Below, piece after piece: positions 10,180-18,582 of a stretch of 57,255 bases of DNA. Position numbers and translations under genes: made by a program. This stretch comes from Bacteroidales bacterium (lineage in GTDB: Bacteria; Bacteroidota; Bacteroidia; Bacteroidales; 4484-276): assembly GCA_012523265.1 (NCBI GenBank), contig JAAYIU010000162.1, positions 1-57,255 on the forward strand. The letters are read 5' to 3'. How positions within the stretch are numbered: position 1 is the stretch's first letter; each line of letters opens with the position of its first letter. Below the pieces are notes generated by a model. It was not told the origin of the DNA, did not search any database, and saw only the letters and a list, made by a program, of their open reading frames with translations.

Positions 10180-11853
10180 ATGAAAAATCTATTTACAACT
10201 AAAACAGTTTGGATTGCTTTGATTGTGTTTCTTATCAGCAATCTTATGCAGGCACAGCCGCAGGGCGAATTCATCGCTACTGTTGGCAGTGCCGACAATG
10301 TGAAGAAAATCATCCTTCTCAACACACAGGATGGTACACTCATGTATGATGATTACATCATACTTACCAACTTTGGGCCCGGGACTGTGAAGCACGTTAT
10401 ACGTGTACAGGACGAGCTTTGGGTATCTGACCAGACCAAAGACAAAGTATATCGGATGAGTTTAACAGGTGACTCGCTGGGAGTAATTGGCGAAAGCGGT
10501 CTGGACAATTTGCGGGGCATGAACATTATCAATGGGCAGGTATGGCTGGGCAATGCAGGCTCTAACAATGGAGCGCCGGGTTATGCTGTAGTACAAATCG
10601 GACTTAACGGCACCATCATGGGCAACTTCCAGGTGAATGGCAGCCCGTGGATGTTTTTGCCTTACGCTGGCAACCATGCCCTTGTCAGCCTGTCGGATGC
10701 CGAGGGTAATCCGTCGCAAATTGCCGAATACGACCTGAATGGTAACTTCGTTGAATCCTGGAATGTGCCCGGTGAGATAAAATTTATCCAACAAATTTCT
10801 CAAACCGCCAATGGCAATTATCTGGCCGCTTCATTTTCCACGGGTGTTTATCCTTCGGGCATTCATCTCTACGACAGCCAGGGCAACTACCTGCAGATAA
10901 TTGGCGGAACTTCCGGTGGCGGCGCCAGAGGCTGCATAGAACTGGGAAACGGGAATATACTGTGGACCAACGGCCAGGGCATTCATCTTGCCGATGTAAC
11001 GGCCGGTACCAGCACGCTGATCTACGATGGTAGCTTTCAGTTTCTCGAAAAAATAACATTCGAGCCGGCGCCCGTCCTTGATCCGCCCACCAATCTTATG
11101 GCACAGCTTGATGGCAACACTGTTACATTAAGCTGGGATGCTCCGCCACCTACCGACCTTACCGGGTTTAAAATTTACCGCGACGAAGAGTTTCTGGCAG
11201 AAGTAGCTCTTGCGCCAACCACCTACGTGGACGAAGCTGTGCCGGCGGGTACGCATATTTATGGCGTATCGGCGGTGTATACCAATGGCGAATCACCCAA
11301 GGCCGGCCCGGTGATGATTACCATCGAGGGAGCCATTTATAAAATTCAGGGATTTGTCCGCGACGCCTACACCAACCTCTCCATCAGCGATGCCTGGGTA
11401 AGCACCACAAATACCGACAACGGAACCATCACCGCCGCAACACCCTTTGGCGCTCACTATGTGCTCTGGCTCAACACCGGCACCTATAATCTTACCTGTA
11501 CCGCTCAAGGCTACCTCAGTGAGACCACCGAAAACCTGGTGATCGAAGGCCAGTTGGTGTACAACCACGACTTCTACCTGCAGCCCACAACCGATGAACT
11601 GGCTACGGGAGTTTCCGGCAAAACGGCTACAACTGTACAGATTTACCCCAACCCGGCAAGAGATCACCTTACCGTAATGGGCAAGGATGTAAAAATTGTA
11701 GAAATCAGCAACCAGGAAGGCTGCTTAATGATCCAAAGCCGCCGCTCATCCGACAATCAAAAAATCGACCTTAGCACGATTCCGCCAGGTTTGTATTTTA
11801 TCAAAATCCAAACAAACACCCAAACCATCATTCAAAAACTTATTGTGAAATAA
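10180..11853 (+). CDS. Secreted multidomain protein with T9SS C-terminal sorting domain
   Basis: Start at MKNLFTTKTVWIALIVFLISNLMQAQ (signal peptide). A Fn3-like segment (DPPTNLMAQLDGNTVTLSWDAP) is followed by a CarboxypepD_reg-like segment. The C-terminus VQIYPNPARDHLTV..LYFIKIQTNTQTIIQKLIVK is a typical Por/T9SS tail. Confidence 0.8.
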   Translation: MKNLFTTKTVWIALIVFLISNLMQAQPQGEFIATVGSADNVKKIILLNTQDGTLMYDDYIILTNFGPGTVKHVIRVQDELWVSDQTKDKVYRMSLTGDSLGVIGESGLDNLRGMNIINGQVWLGNAGSNNGAPGYAVVQIGLNGTIMGNFQVNGSPWMFLPYAGNHALVSLSDAEGNPSQIAEYDLNGNFVESWNVPGEIKFIQQISQTANGNYLAASFSTGVYPSGIHLYDSQGNYLQIIGGTSGGGARGCIELGNGNILWTNGQGIHLADVTAGTSTLIYDGSFQFLEKITFEPAPVLDPPTNLMAQLDGNTVTLSWDAPPPTDLTGFKIYRDEEFLAEVALAPTTYVDEAVPAGTHIYGVSAVYTNGESPKAGPVMITIEGAIYKIQGFVRDAYTNLSISDAWVSTTNTDNGTITAATPFGAHYVLWLNTGTYNLTCTAQGYLSETTENLVIEGQLVYNHDFYLQPTTDELATGVSGKTATTVQIYPNPARDHLTVMGKDVKIVEISNQEGCLMIQSRRSSDNQKIDLSTIPPGLYFIKIQTNTQTIIQKLIVK

Positions 11854-11878
11854 CATCGCATGACAGGTACTACAAGCA

Positions 11879-11914
11879 AAAACCCGCAATACAATGAGAT
11901 CGCGGGTTTTTTTA
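11879..11914 (+). terminator. Rho-independent terminator after the T9SS protein gene
   Basis: AACCCGC-(14 nt loop)-GCGGGTT is followed by TTTTTTT, about 27 nt after the stop codon. Confidence 0.6.
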
Positions 11915-12143
11915 ACCTTTTTGCCACCAACGCCCTATCCTGGATACTTTTCTGGCACCATCAAGAATAGACATTTTTGGAAGCTGCTCTATCACGGTGG
12001 TAGTTCTGAAAAAGAACTGTCCGCTAATTCTCACAAATTCGGCGAATTAACTCGAATTTGGATTTTCAGCTTTGCCTCTATGACCCCATCGTTCAGCTTT
12101 AATATGACCTCATCACCAGCGCTAATAAGACCTCATCCCCCAG

Positions 12144-12197
12144 CCCCTTCTCCTTAAGGAGAAGGGGAGCGCCGGCGCACTGGCCGCTGCTGTGGAT
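12144..12197. repeat. Short dispersed repeat: 24-nt perfect palindrome CCCCTTCTCCTTAAGGAGAAGGGG plus CCGCTGCTGTGGAT box
   Basis: The palindrome lies at 12144-12167. CCGCTGCTGTGGAT occurs at 12184 and again at 12467. A related module (CTCCCCTTAAGGGGGAG + CCGCTGCTGTGG) lies at 37220-37253. Confidence 0.7.
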
Positions 12198-12547
12198 AAT
12201 CCTGGACGCTTGAAGAAAAGCCGGCGTACAAGTCGCTGCTGGTGGATGATTTTGGGTGGGAGAAAATGGTGGAAGGTTGAGGAATAAAAACCTTATTTCC
12301 AAACATTTAACCTTAGTGAAAAAATAGCACATCTCGCAACAACCTTATTACCTTATCAATTGCTGCAAATTCGTGTGAATTGGCTTAATTCGTTGTAATT
12401 CGTGGATTCCCTTGATTATCCGCAAATTTGATGACTTCATTCACCAACCGGGCGCCAGCACACAGTCCGCTGCTGTGGATGATTTCGGGCGAAGGATGAA
12501 ATTCTTTATCCTCCAAAAATCAATAACCAATAGTACCATTAATTTTC

Positions 12548-12555
12548 TACTTTTG
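12548..12555 (+). promoter_or_regulatory. Candidate -7 promoter box (TACTTTTG) for dgkA
   Basis: TAnnTTTG match 14 nt upstream of the ATG at 12569. Confidence 0.3.
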
Positions 12556-12568
12556 AAAACTTAAAAAA

Positions 12569-12970
12569 ATGGCAACAATGGCAAATCCTGAACAGAAACG
12601 GTCTTTTGGCATCCGGCAGCGCATTGGCAGCTTTGGTTTTGCCTTTAGAGGTTTACGGTATTTGTTGGCAACGCAACACAATGCGCGCATGCATCTGGTG
12701 GCCACGATTTTGGTCATTGCAGCGGCTTTTTATTTCGGTTTGGCTGCCGCCGAATGGATTTTGCTGCTGATCGTCGTCGGGATGGTGTGGGCTGCCGAAG
12801 CCATCAACACTGCGCTGGAATTACTAATTGATCTGGTGTCGCCGCAAAAGCATCCGCTGGCCGGGCGCGCCAAAGATGTGGCCGCAGCAGCAGTGCTTAT
12901 CACCGCCATCATTGCAGCTTTGGTGGGTGTGATCTTATTTGCACCCCACGTTATAAATAGGTTTCTTTAA
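12569..12970 (+). CDS. dgkA: Diacylglycerol kinase / undecaprenol kinase family (DgkA)
   Basis: 133 aa with 3 TM segments. Conserved core: FAFRGLRYLLATQHNARMH..VWAAEAINTALELLIDLVSP..HPLAGRAKDVAAAAVL. Confidence 0.85.
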   Translation: MATMANPEQKRSFGIRQRIGSFGFAFRGLRYLLATQHNARMHLVATILVIAAAFYFGLAAAEWILLLIVVGMVWAAEAINTALELLIDLVSPQKHPLAGRAKDVAAAAVLITAIIAALVGVILFAPHVINRFL

Positions 12971-12996
12971 TCTGATTATTAATAAATAAATAAGAA

Positions 12997-13833
12997 ATGA
13001 AAATCATTGCCGAAAGCGGATCCACCAAGACAGACTGGGTGATTGTAAAGAACCAGACCGAAACAATACGGCTTACCACCGGCGGTTACAATCCCAACTA
13101 CTTCCCGCCGTCAGCGCTGGAGCAGTCGCTGGCAGAGTTCACACATCAACTGGACGCGGCGCAGGTGGCCTCGATACATTTTTATGGCTCCGGATGTTCT
13201 ACGGAAGCTTCTCAAAACCTGGTAAGCGAAATTCTGAAAAAGCAGTTTGCGGCAGCGCAAGCCGAAGTGCACCACGATTTGTTTGGTGCGGCGCGCGCGC
13301 TTTTTGGGCGTGGCAGCGGCATTGCTTCTATCCTGGGCACCGGCTCCAGCAGTTGCGTTTTTACGGATGGAGCCATTACCGAAGCGTTGCCATCGCTGGG
13401 CTATCTGCTGGCCGACGAAGGTAGTGGCGCCGATATTGGCAAGCTGCTGCTGAACGCATATTTTAAAAACGAACTACCGACTGCTGCGCAACAAGAATTT
13501 GAAAAAGAATATGCCGCCAAGCTACAGGATTTTATCCCGCGCCTCTACGCGCGCCAGGATCCGGCCAGTTTCATCGCCTCTTTTGTTCCTTTCGTGGTAG
13601 CCCGTCGCCAGGAAGATTTTGCGCAAAAGCTGGTGCGCAAAGCTTTTGATAATTTCTTTGATGAAATCATTACCAAATATGAAAAAGCAGGGAGCTATCC
13701 TTTGGGATTTGTAGGCTCGATAGCATATCTCTTTGCCGAACCCCTGCTCGAAACAGCTACCGAACGTGGCATGCACATCAGCACCATCATCCGCAAACCC
13801 ATCGACGCGCTGGTGAAGTTTCACTCGGCGTAG
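12997..13833 (+). CDS. BadF/BadG/BcrA/BcrD-type ATPase (N-acetylglucosamine kinase-like)
   Basis: MKIIAESGSTKTDWVIV (ASKHA phosphate-1 motif), ILGTGSSS, LADEGSGADIG. The 278-aa size is typical of the family. Confidence 0.7.
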   Translation: MKIIAESGSTKTDWVIVKNQTETIRLTTGGYNPNYFPPSALEQSLAEFTHQLDAAQVASIHFYGSGCSTEASQNLVSEILKKQFAAAQAEVHHDLFGAARALFGRGSGIASILGTGSSSCVFTDGAITEALPSLGYLLADEGSGADIGKLLLNAYFKNELPTAAQQEFEKEYAAKLQDFIPRLYARQDPASFIASFVPFVVARRQEDFAQKLVRKAFDNFFDEIITKYEKAGSYPLGFVGSIAYLFAEPLLETATERGMHISTIIRKPIDALVKFHSA

Positions 13834-13850
13834 CTGCGTATGAAACCTCC

Positions 13851-14915
13851 CTATCCCTTATCAGAAAAAGATTGTGTATCCACATCCATCTGCCGGGCGC
13901 GTTTTGCCCACAGGTCGCGCGCCAGCTTTTGCATGTCCACCTGGGTATCGGTTTCGTTAGTAATTTCAAGTCCCAGTAATGTTTCAAAAATGTCTTCAAG
14001 CGTCACGATGCCTTCCACGCCGCCATACTCATCCACGATAAGTGCAATGTGTTCGCGCTTTTCGAGCATCTGCTCCAGGGTGCGGGGTATGCTAAAATTT
14101 TCGTAGGTGATCAGCATCTCGCGTTTGATCTCTTTTAGCTTTAGCGAAAACTTATCCTCGGCAAGTTTTTGCAGCACATCATATTTTAACACAAAACCGG
14201 TGATGTTGTCGATGCTTCCATCATAGACGGGAATCCGCGAATAGCGCAGGAATTCTTTATTTTTAAAAAAATCAGTCAGCAACAACTCTTCGGAAGCAGC
14301 TACCACTACGGTACGCGGCGTCATAATGGTGCGGATAGTTATCGAGCGCAGTTTGATAAGATTTTGAATCACCTTTTCTTCCGACTGATCGAAAACGCCT
14401 TCCTGGGTGCCAATGTGCGCCATGGCGGCTACTTCATCGCGGCTCACCGAAAGCTGATTGTTCTTACCCGAAAAAGAGCTGGTAATCCAACGCGAAATGA
14501 TTACCAGCGGATAGGAGATATAAATCATCGCCAGCAGAATTCGCGCCGACGGCAACGCCAACTGCCGCCAATAGCGCGCGCCAATAGTTTTGGGGATAAT
14601 TTCGCTAAGGATGAGGATGAGCAAGGTAAGAATGGCCGAGATAATGCCGAAATAGGCCTGGCCAAATATTGCCACCGCCTGTGCTCCCACCCCGGCAGCA
14701 CCCACAGTGTGCGCAATGGTGTTGATGGATAGAATGGCCGACAAGGGTCGGTCGATGTTGCTCTTAAGCTCGCGTAGCAAACCTGCCCCTTTCTTACCCT
14801 TATTTTCATTGGTTCTGATAAACGACACCGATACCGACAGTATGACGGCTTCCAATACCGAGCAGAGAAACGAAATGGCTAAAGCCAGAAAAAGATAAAA
14901 GATCAATAGACCCAT
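13851..14915 (-). CDS. CNNM/DUF21 + CBS-pair membrane protein (CorB/HlyC-like divalent-cation transporter family)
   Basis: The N-terminal 4-TM DUF21 pattern starts MGLLIFYLFLALAISFLCSVLEAVILSVS. A CBS-pair region follows (IMTPRTVVVA..RIPVY..ALIVDEYGGVEGIVTLEDIFE). Confidence 0.8.
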   Translation of the reverse strand: MGLLIFYLFLALAISFLCSVLEAVILSVSVSFIRTNENKGKKGAGLLRELKSNIDRPLSAILSINTIAHTVGAAGVGAQAVAIFGQAYFGIISAILTLLILILSEIIPKTIGARYWRQLALPSARILLAMIYISYPLVIISRWITSSFSGKNNQLSVSRDEVAAMAHIGTQEGVFDQSEEKVIQNLIKLRSITIRTIMTPRTVVVAASEELLLTDFFKNKEFLRYSRIPVYDGSIDNITGFVLKYDVLQKLAEDKFSLKLKEIKREMLITYENFSIPRTLEQMLEKREHIALIVDEYGGVEGIVTLEDIFETLLGLEITNETDTQVDMQKLARDLWAKRARQMDVDTQSFSDKG

Positions 14916-14941
14916 GGTTTCTTTTTTATTTTAAATAACAC

Positions 14942-15160
14942 TACTAACCGATTAAATTGATGGCGTTAGTTTTAGATTCTTCACTTCACTTCGTTTCGTT
15001 CAGAATGACAGTGGTTTAGGGACGTAAGTGAGGGGTGGGTGGCGGCGAAGCCGCCACCCACCCCTCACTCCCACAAATACACGAAAAACCTTGTCATTCT
15101 GAGCGTAGCAGCCTGCCCCGACTTTTCGGGGAAGAATCTAAAATTTTTACTCGGTCAGTA
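14942..15160 (+). mobile_element. MITE-like 219-bp element, copy A (terminal inverted repeats, central GC-rich palindrome)
   Basis: TIRs are TACTAACCGATTAAA and TTTTTACTCGGTCAGTA. The central palindrome is GAGGGGTGGGTGGCGGCGAAGCCGCCACCCACCCCTC. Inverted GTCATTCTGA modules are present. TTTAAATAACA flanks both ends (14930-14940 and 15164-15174). A second, inverted copy lies at 28807-29015. Confidence 0.7.
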
Positions 15161-15226
15161 TTGTTTAAATAACAATGGTTCCAATCGAAAGTTGCAGGGT
15201 AAATTCCTCTGCTGACAATAAAAAGA

Positions 15227-16171
15227 TCATCTTGTCTGAATGTTCCGGATTTGTCCTTCCACAAATAGTATCATCTCCTCCACCTGCTCGGGATGAAACC
15301 AGGTGATAGCCACATCGCGCTGAAACCAGGTGAGCTGGCGCTTGGCATAGCGACGCGTGTTGGTTTTAATTTTTTCGACGGCCTCTTCAAGTGTCATTTT
15401 TCCATCAAGAAAGGCGAAAATTTCTTTGTAGCCCACGGTGTTCAAAGCATTGAGGTGACGGTGTGGCAGCAGACCGCGCACTTCGTCCACCAGGCCGCCG
15501 CTAATCATGGCATCGGTGCGGCGGTGGATGTTGTCGAACAGTTCGGCACGCGGAAGATTCAGTCCGAGTTTTAAAATATTAAAAGGACGTGGTTGTACTT
15601 TTTTCACCCGCAGCGACGAAAAGGTAGTGCCCGTTTGGAGGCACACCTCTATGGCACGCTTGAGCCGGTTGGGGTTGTTGCGATCGACGATTTCGTAATA
15701 TTCCGGATCGAGCAGTTGCAAGCGTTGCTGCAAGCCTGCCAGGCCTTCCTTTTGAAAAATTTCATTAACATTTTTGCGCAAAGCAACGTCTGGTTCGGGC
15801 AGTTGGTCGATGCCCTTACATACGGCATCCATGTACAACCCTGAGCCACCCGTCATGATTACGCAGCGGTACTTGCGGAATAATTCGTCGAGCAGTTGCA
15901 GCACCTCCTGCTCGTAGCGCGACACATTATAATAATCGTGGATGGAAAGATGGCCGGCAAAATAGTGCTTCACCGTCGCCAGCTCCTCGGCAGTCGGTGC
16001 GGCAGTTCCTATTTTCAGCTCTTGATAAAATTGCCGGGAATCGGCTGAGAGGATAACCGTGTCGAAATGCTGCGCCAGCGCTATTGCTGTTTTTGTTTTG
16101 CCACTTGCCGTGGGGCCGACAAGCGTGATGAGTAGCGATGGAGATATGGATTTAGGATCAATAGTCATCAT
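15227..16171 (-). CDS. miaA: tRNA dimethylallyltransferase MiaA (start uncertain: 16228, 16186, 16171 or 16168)
   Basis: LITLVGPTASGKTKTAIALA (P-loop), ILSADSRQFYQELKIGTAAP, HYFAGHL, RRYAKRQLTWF. Confidence 0.85.
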   Translation of the reverse strand: MMTIDPKSISPSLLITLVGPTASGKTKTAIALAQHFDTVILSADSRQFYQELKIGTAAPTAEELATVKHYFAGHLSIHDYYNVSRYEQEVLQLLDELFRKYRCVIMTGGSGLYMDAVCKGIDQLPEPDVALRKNVNEIFQKEGLAGLQQRLQLLDPEYYEIVDRNNPNRLKRAIEVCLQTGTTFSSLRVKKVQPRPFNILKLGLNLPRAELFDNIHRRTDAMISGGLVDEVRGLLPHRHLNALNTVGYKEIFAFLDGKMTLEEAVEKIKTNTRRYAKRQLTWFQRDVAITWFHPEQVEEMILFVEGQIRNIQTR

Positions 16172-16718
16172 CGGTGCCGGACTCATCGTCGTCGTCATCA
16201 TCCGCGTCGTCGCGAACCAAATCTTCAAATTCGCTGAGCAATTCCTGCTTCAGACGCTCGGTATCGATATCTATTCTCAGATTGTCCCGCAAAACAAGGG
16301 TACCTTCCGCTGCTGCAATGTATGGATAGCGACGATGAGGCACCGGTTCCACAAATTCGGTAAGCTCAAGGCGGAAACCATGCAACTGCAGGAAGTCATA
16401 TTCGTAAATGAGCTTTTGTCCGATTTCTTTTACAAAACGGTCAATCTTCACCTCATCCATCAGGAAAACTTCAGGAATCACCTGGCTTTTTTCATCGTCA
16501 GGGCTAACATCCACTGCCATATCTATCAGCGTAATTTCGAGCATCCTGTTCCAAAAATCATCCACGATAAAAAATGAGGCAAGCTCATCTTTTTTCAAAT
16601 TCAGATTTTTAATCAAGAAGTCGTGCAGTTGCCTGAAAGTCTGGTTGCCTCTGATTTCGATTTCTCTAAAGAAATCATCCTGTTCATCGGTAATCAAATG
16701 GAATTTGCAAATATTCAT
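16158..16718 (-). CDS. pRiA4b-ORF3-like (PF07929-type) protein with poly-Asp acidic tail
   Basis: FHLITDEQDDFFREIEIRGNQTFRQLHDFLIKNLNLKKDELASFFI fits the family pattern from memory (xFxVxL..TLxxLHxxIxxAxxWxxxHLxxF). The C-terminus is DDADDDDDDESGTDDDY. Its 3' end overlaps the miaA start region. Confidence 0.5.
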   Translation of the reverse strand: MNICKFHLITDEQDDFFREIEIRGNQTFRQLHDFLIKNLNLKKDELASFFIVDDFWNRMLEITLIDMAVDVSPDDEKSQVIPEVFLMDEVKIDRFVKEIGQKLIYEYDFLQLHGFRLELTEFVEPVPHRRYPYIAAAEGTLVLRDNLRIDIDTERLKQELLSEFEDLVRDDADDDDDDESGTDDDY

Positions 16719-16855
16719 GAAGTGTACTTTTTTTAATCAAAATTTAAACGCACTAATAAACTCTTTTTTTTCAGATCCATTTTTCAACCATAAAAATGTA
16801 AGGGATGAGAACGGAAAAAAAATCAAATGTAGAAAAAAACAAGAATAGTATCGGA

Positions 16856-18274
16856 TCACGAATTATTTTTTGTGAGTGGCGTTAATCCGTGGGCACTTCC
16901 AATCTCGAGCATCAATTGCCAGGCCTGCTCAAGGCTGTTGTCGATGCGGCCATCGAGAATGGCTTCGCGGATGGCTGTTTTTATCTCGCCCACAATCCTT
17001 CCGGGCTTAATGCCAAAAGTTTCCATGATAAGCTCACCGCTGATGGGTGGCTGCCAGTTGCGCAGGCGGTCTTTCTCTTCTATCTCCACCAGTTTGTGAC
17101 GCACCAGCTCAAAATTTTTGCGGTAACGCCTGATTTTCTCCGGTATCTTCGACGACATGTCGGCCTCGCACAAAGTCATCAGGTCGTCGATGTCGTCGCC
17201 GGCATCGAAGAGCAGGCGGCGTATGGCCGAATCGGTCACCAGCTCTTCGGAGAGGACGATGGGTCGCAGATGCAACAGCACCAGCTTTTGTACGTATTTG
17301 AGCTTCTCGCCGGCAGGCAGCTTCAGGCGTCTGAAAATGGCAGGCACCATTTTGGCGCCCACAAAGTCGTGCCCGTGGAAAGTCCAGCCAACGCCATCCG
17401 CCCAGCGTTTGGTGCGCGGCTTGCCGATGTCGTGCAGGATGGCAGCCCACCGCAGCCAGAGATTGTCGGATGCTGCAGCCACATTATCCAAAACTATCAG
17501 CGTGTGATAGAAATTATCTTTATGACCAATATTATCCTTGTATTCGGCACCCTGAAGTGCCACCATCTCCGGAAAAATAAGTTGCAACAAACCCGTGTCG
17601 AAGAGCAGCCTGAAACCCGTCGAAGGTTTTTCGGCCATAATAATTTTGTTGATCTCGTCGGTGATGCGCTCCTGCGAAATGATGCTGATGCGATGTGCGT
17701 TGCGTGCGATGGCCTCGAAGCTCTTCTGTTCGATGGTGAAACCCAGCCGTGTGGCAAACCGGATGGCGCGCAGCATGCGCAACGGATCGTCGGAATAGGT
17801 GATATCGGGGTTGCGCGGTGTGCGGATGATCTTTCTCTCGAGGTCGCCGGCGCCGTCGAAGGGGTCGATGAGACGGCCGTAATCCTCTTTGTTGAGGCTG
17901 ATGCTCATGGCGTTGATGGTGAAATCGCGCCGCTGCTGATCGTCTTCCAGGGTACCATCTTCCACAATGGGATTGCGCGAGGTGCGCTGGTACGATTCCC
18001 GCCGCGCTCCCACAAATTCTATCTGCCAGTCGTGATAGCGCAGCATGGCGGTGCCGTAATTTTTAAAAACCTGCACATGTTCATTTCCAATCTTGCGTCC
18101 TACGGCCTGCGCCAATTCAATACCGTGACCCACCACCACAATGTCGATATCCTTGCCGGGGTTGCCCAGCAAAAGATCGCGCACAAAACCACCCACCACA
18201 TAGGCAGGGAGGTTCATTTGATGGGCTGTATCTGATACAAGTTCAAAAACAGGATGTCGTAGCTGTGACTTCAC
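16856..18274 (-). CDS. tRNA nucleotidyltransferase (CCA-adding) / poly(A) polymerase family protein with HD domain
   Basis: YVVGGFVRDLLLGNPGKDIDIVV (NTase GG..DxD), RRDFTINAM, DPLRMLRAIRFA, and HD region ILHDIGKP..HGHDFVGA. Confidence 0.85.
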   Translation of the reverse strand: MKSQLRHPVFELVSDTAHQMNLPAYVVGGFVRDLLLGNPGKDIDIVVVGHGIELAQAVGRKIGNEHVQVFKNYGTAMLRYHDWQIEFVGARRESYQRTSRNPIVEDGTLEDDQQRRDFTINAMSISLNKEDYGRLIDPFDGAGDLERKIIRTPRNPDITYSDDPLRMLRAIRFATRLGFTIEQKSFEAIARNAHRISIISQERITDEINKIIMAEKPSTGFRLLFDTGLLQLIFPEMVALQGAEYKDNIGHKDNFYHTLIVLDNVAAASDNLWLRWAAILHDIGKPRTKRWADGVGWTFHGHDFVGAKMVPAIFRRLKLPAGEKLKYVQKLVLLHLRPIVLSEELVTDSAIRRLLFDAGDDIDDLMTLCEADMSSKIPEKIRRYRKNFELVRHKLVEIEEKDRLRNWQPPISGELIMETFGIKPGRIVGEIKTAIREAILDGRIDNSLEQAWQLMLEIGSAHGLTPLTKNNS

Positions 18275-18287
18275 GAGAAATGGAAAT

Positions 18288-18527
18288 GGTAGTAATTAAT
18301 TGAAATTGATGGTAATTAGTAATTTTTGGTAATTGATAGTAATTGATGGTAATTGATTGTAATTTGTGGTAATTGATTGTAATTGATAGTAATTGATGGT
18401 AATTGATTGTAATTTGTGGTAATTGATTGTAATTGATTGTAATTTGTGGTAATTGATTGTAATTTGTGGTAATTGATTGTAATTTGTGGTAATTGATTGT
18501 AATTTGTGGTAATTGATTGTAATTGAA
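18288..18527. repeat. Exactly 10-bp-phased tandem array (~24 decamers GTAATTGATT / GTAATTTGTG / GTAATTGATA / GTAATTGATG)
   Basis: From 18331 to 18521 every 10-nt block of the printed sequence begins AATT, which is 20 consecutive in-register units. 20-bp and 40-bp higher-order units are visible. More degenerate units lie at 18288-18330. Confidence 0.95.
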
Positions 18528-18548
18528 AACGCCCGAAGGGCAAATTAC
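18527..18548 (-). terminator. Possible short terminator hairpin after pfkA
   Basis: The minus strand reads GCCC-TTCG-GGGC followed by GTTTTC, about 40 nt after the pfkA stop. The stem is only 4 bp, so this call is weak. Confidence 0.3.
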
Positions 18549-18582
18549 GCACAGCAAATTTCCTCACCCATCTTACTATTTC

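Noticed and set aside
16889-18235. 448-aa + strand ORF
   Set aside because: It is antisense to the CCA-adding enzyme gene, which has clear NTase/HD motifs. The + ORF has no motifs.
18288-18527. Possible CRISPR array
   Set aside because: The repeats are contiguous 10-bp units with no unique spacers, and there are no cas genes in the window.
18243-18567. Two minus-strand ORFs encoding ITINYNQLPQ-type repeat peptides
   Set aside because: They are translations of the 10-bp tandem array, read in two overlapping frames. Neither has start-codon context or a signal sequence. They are repeat artefacts.
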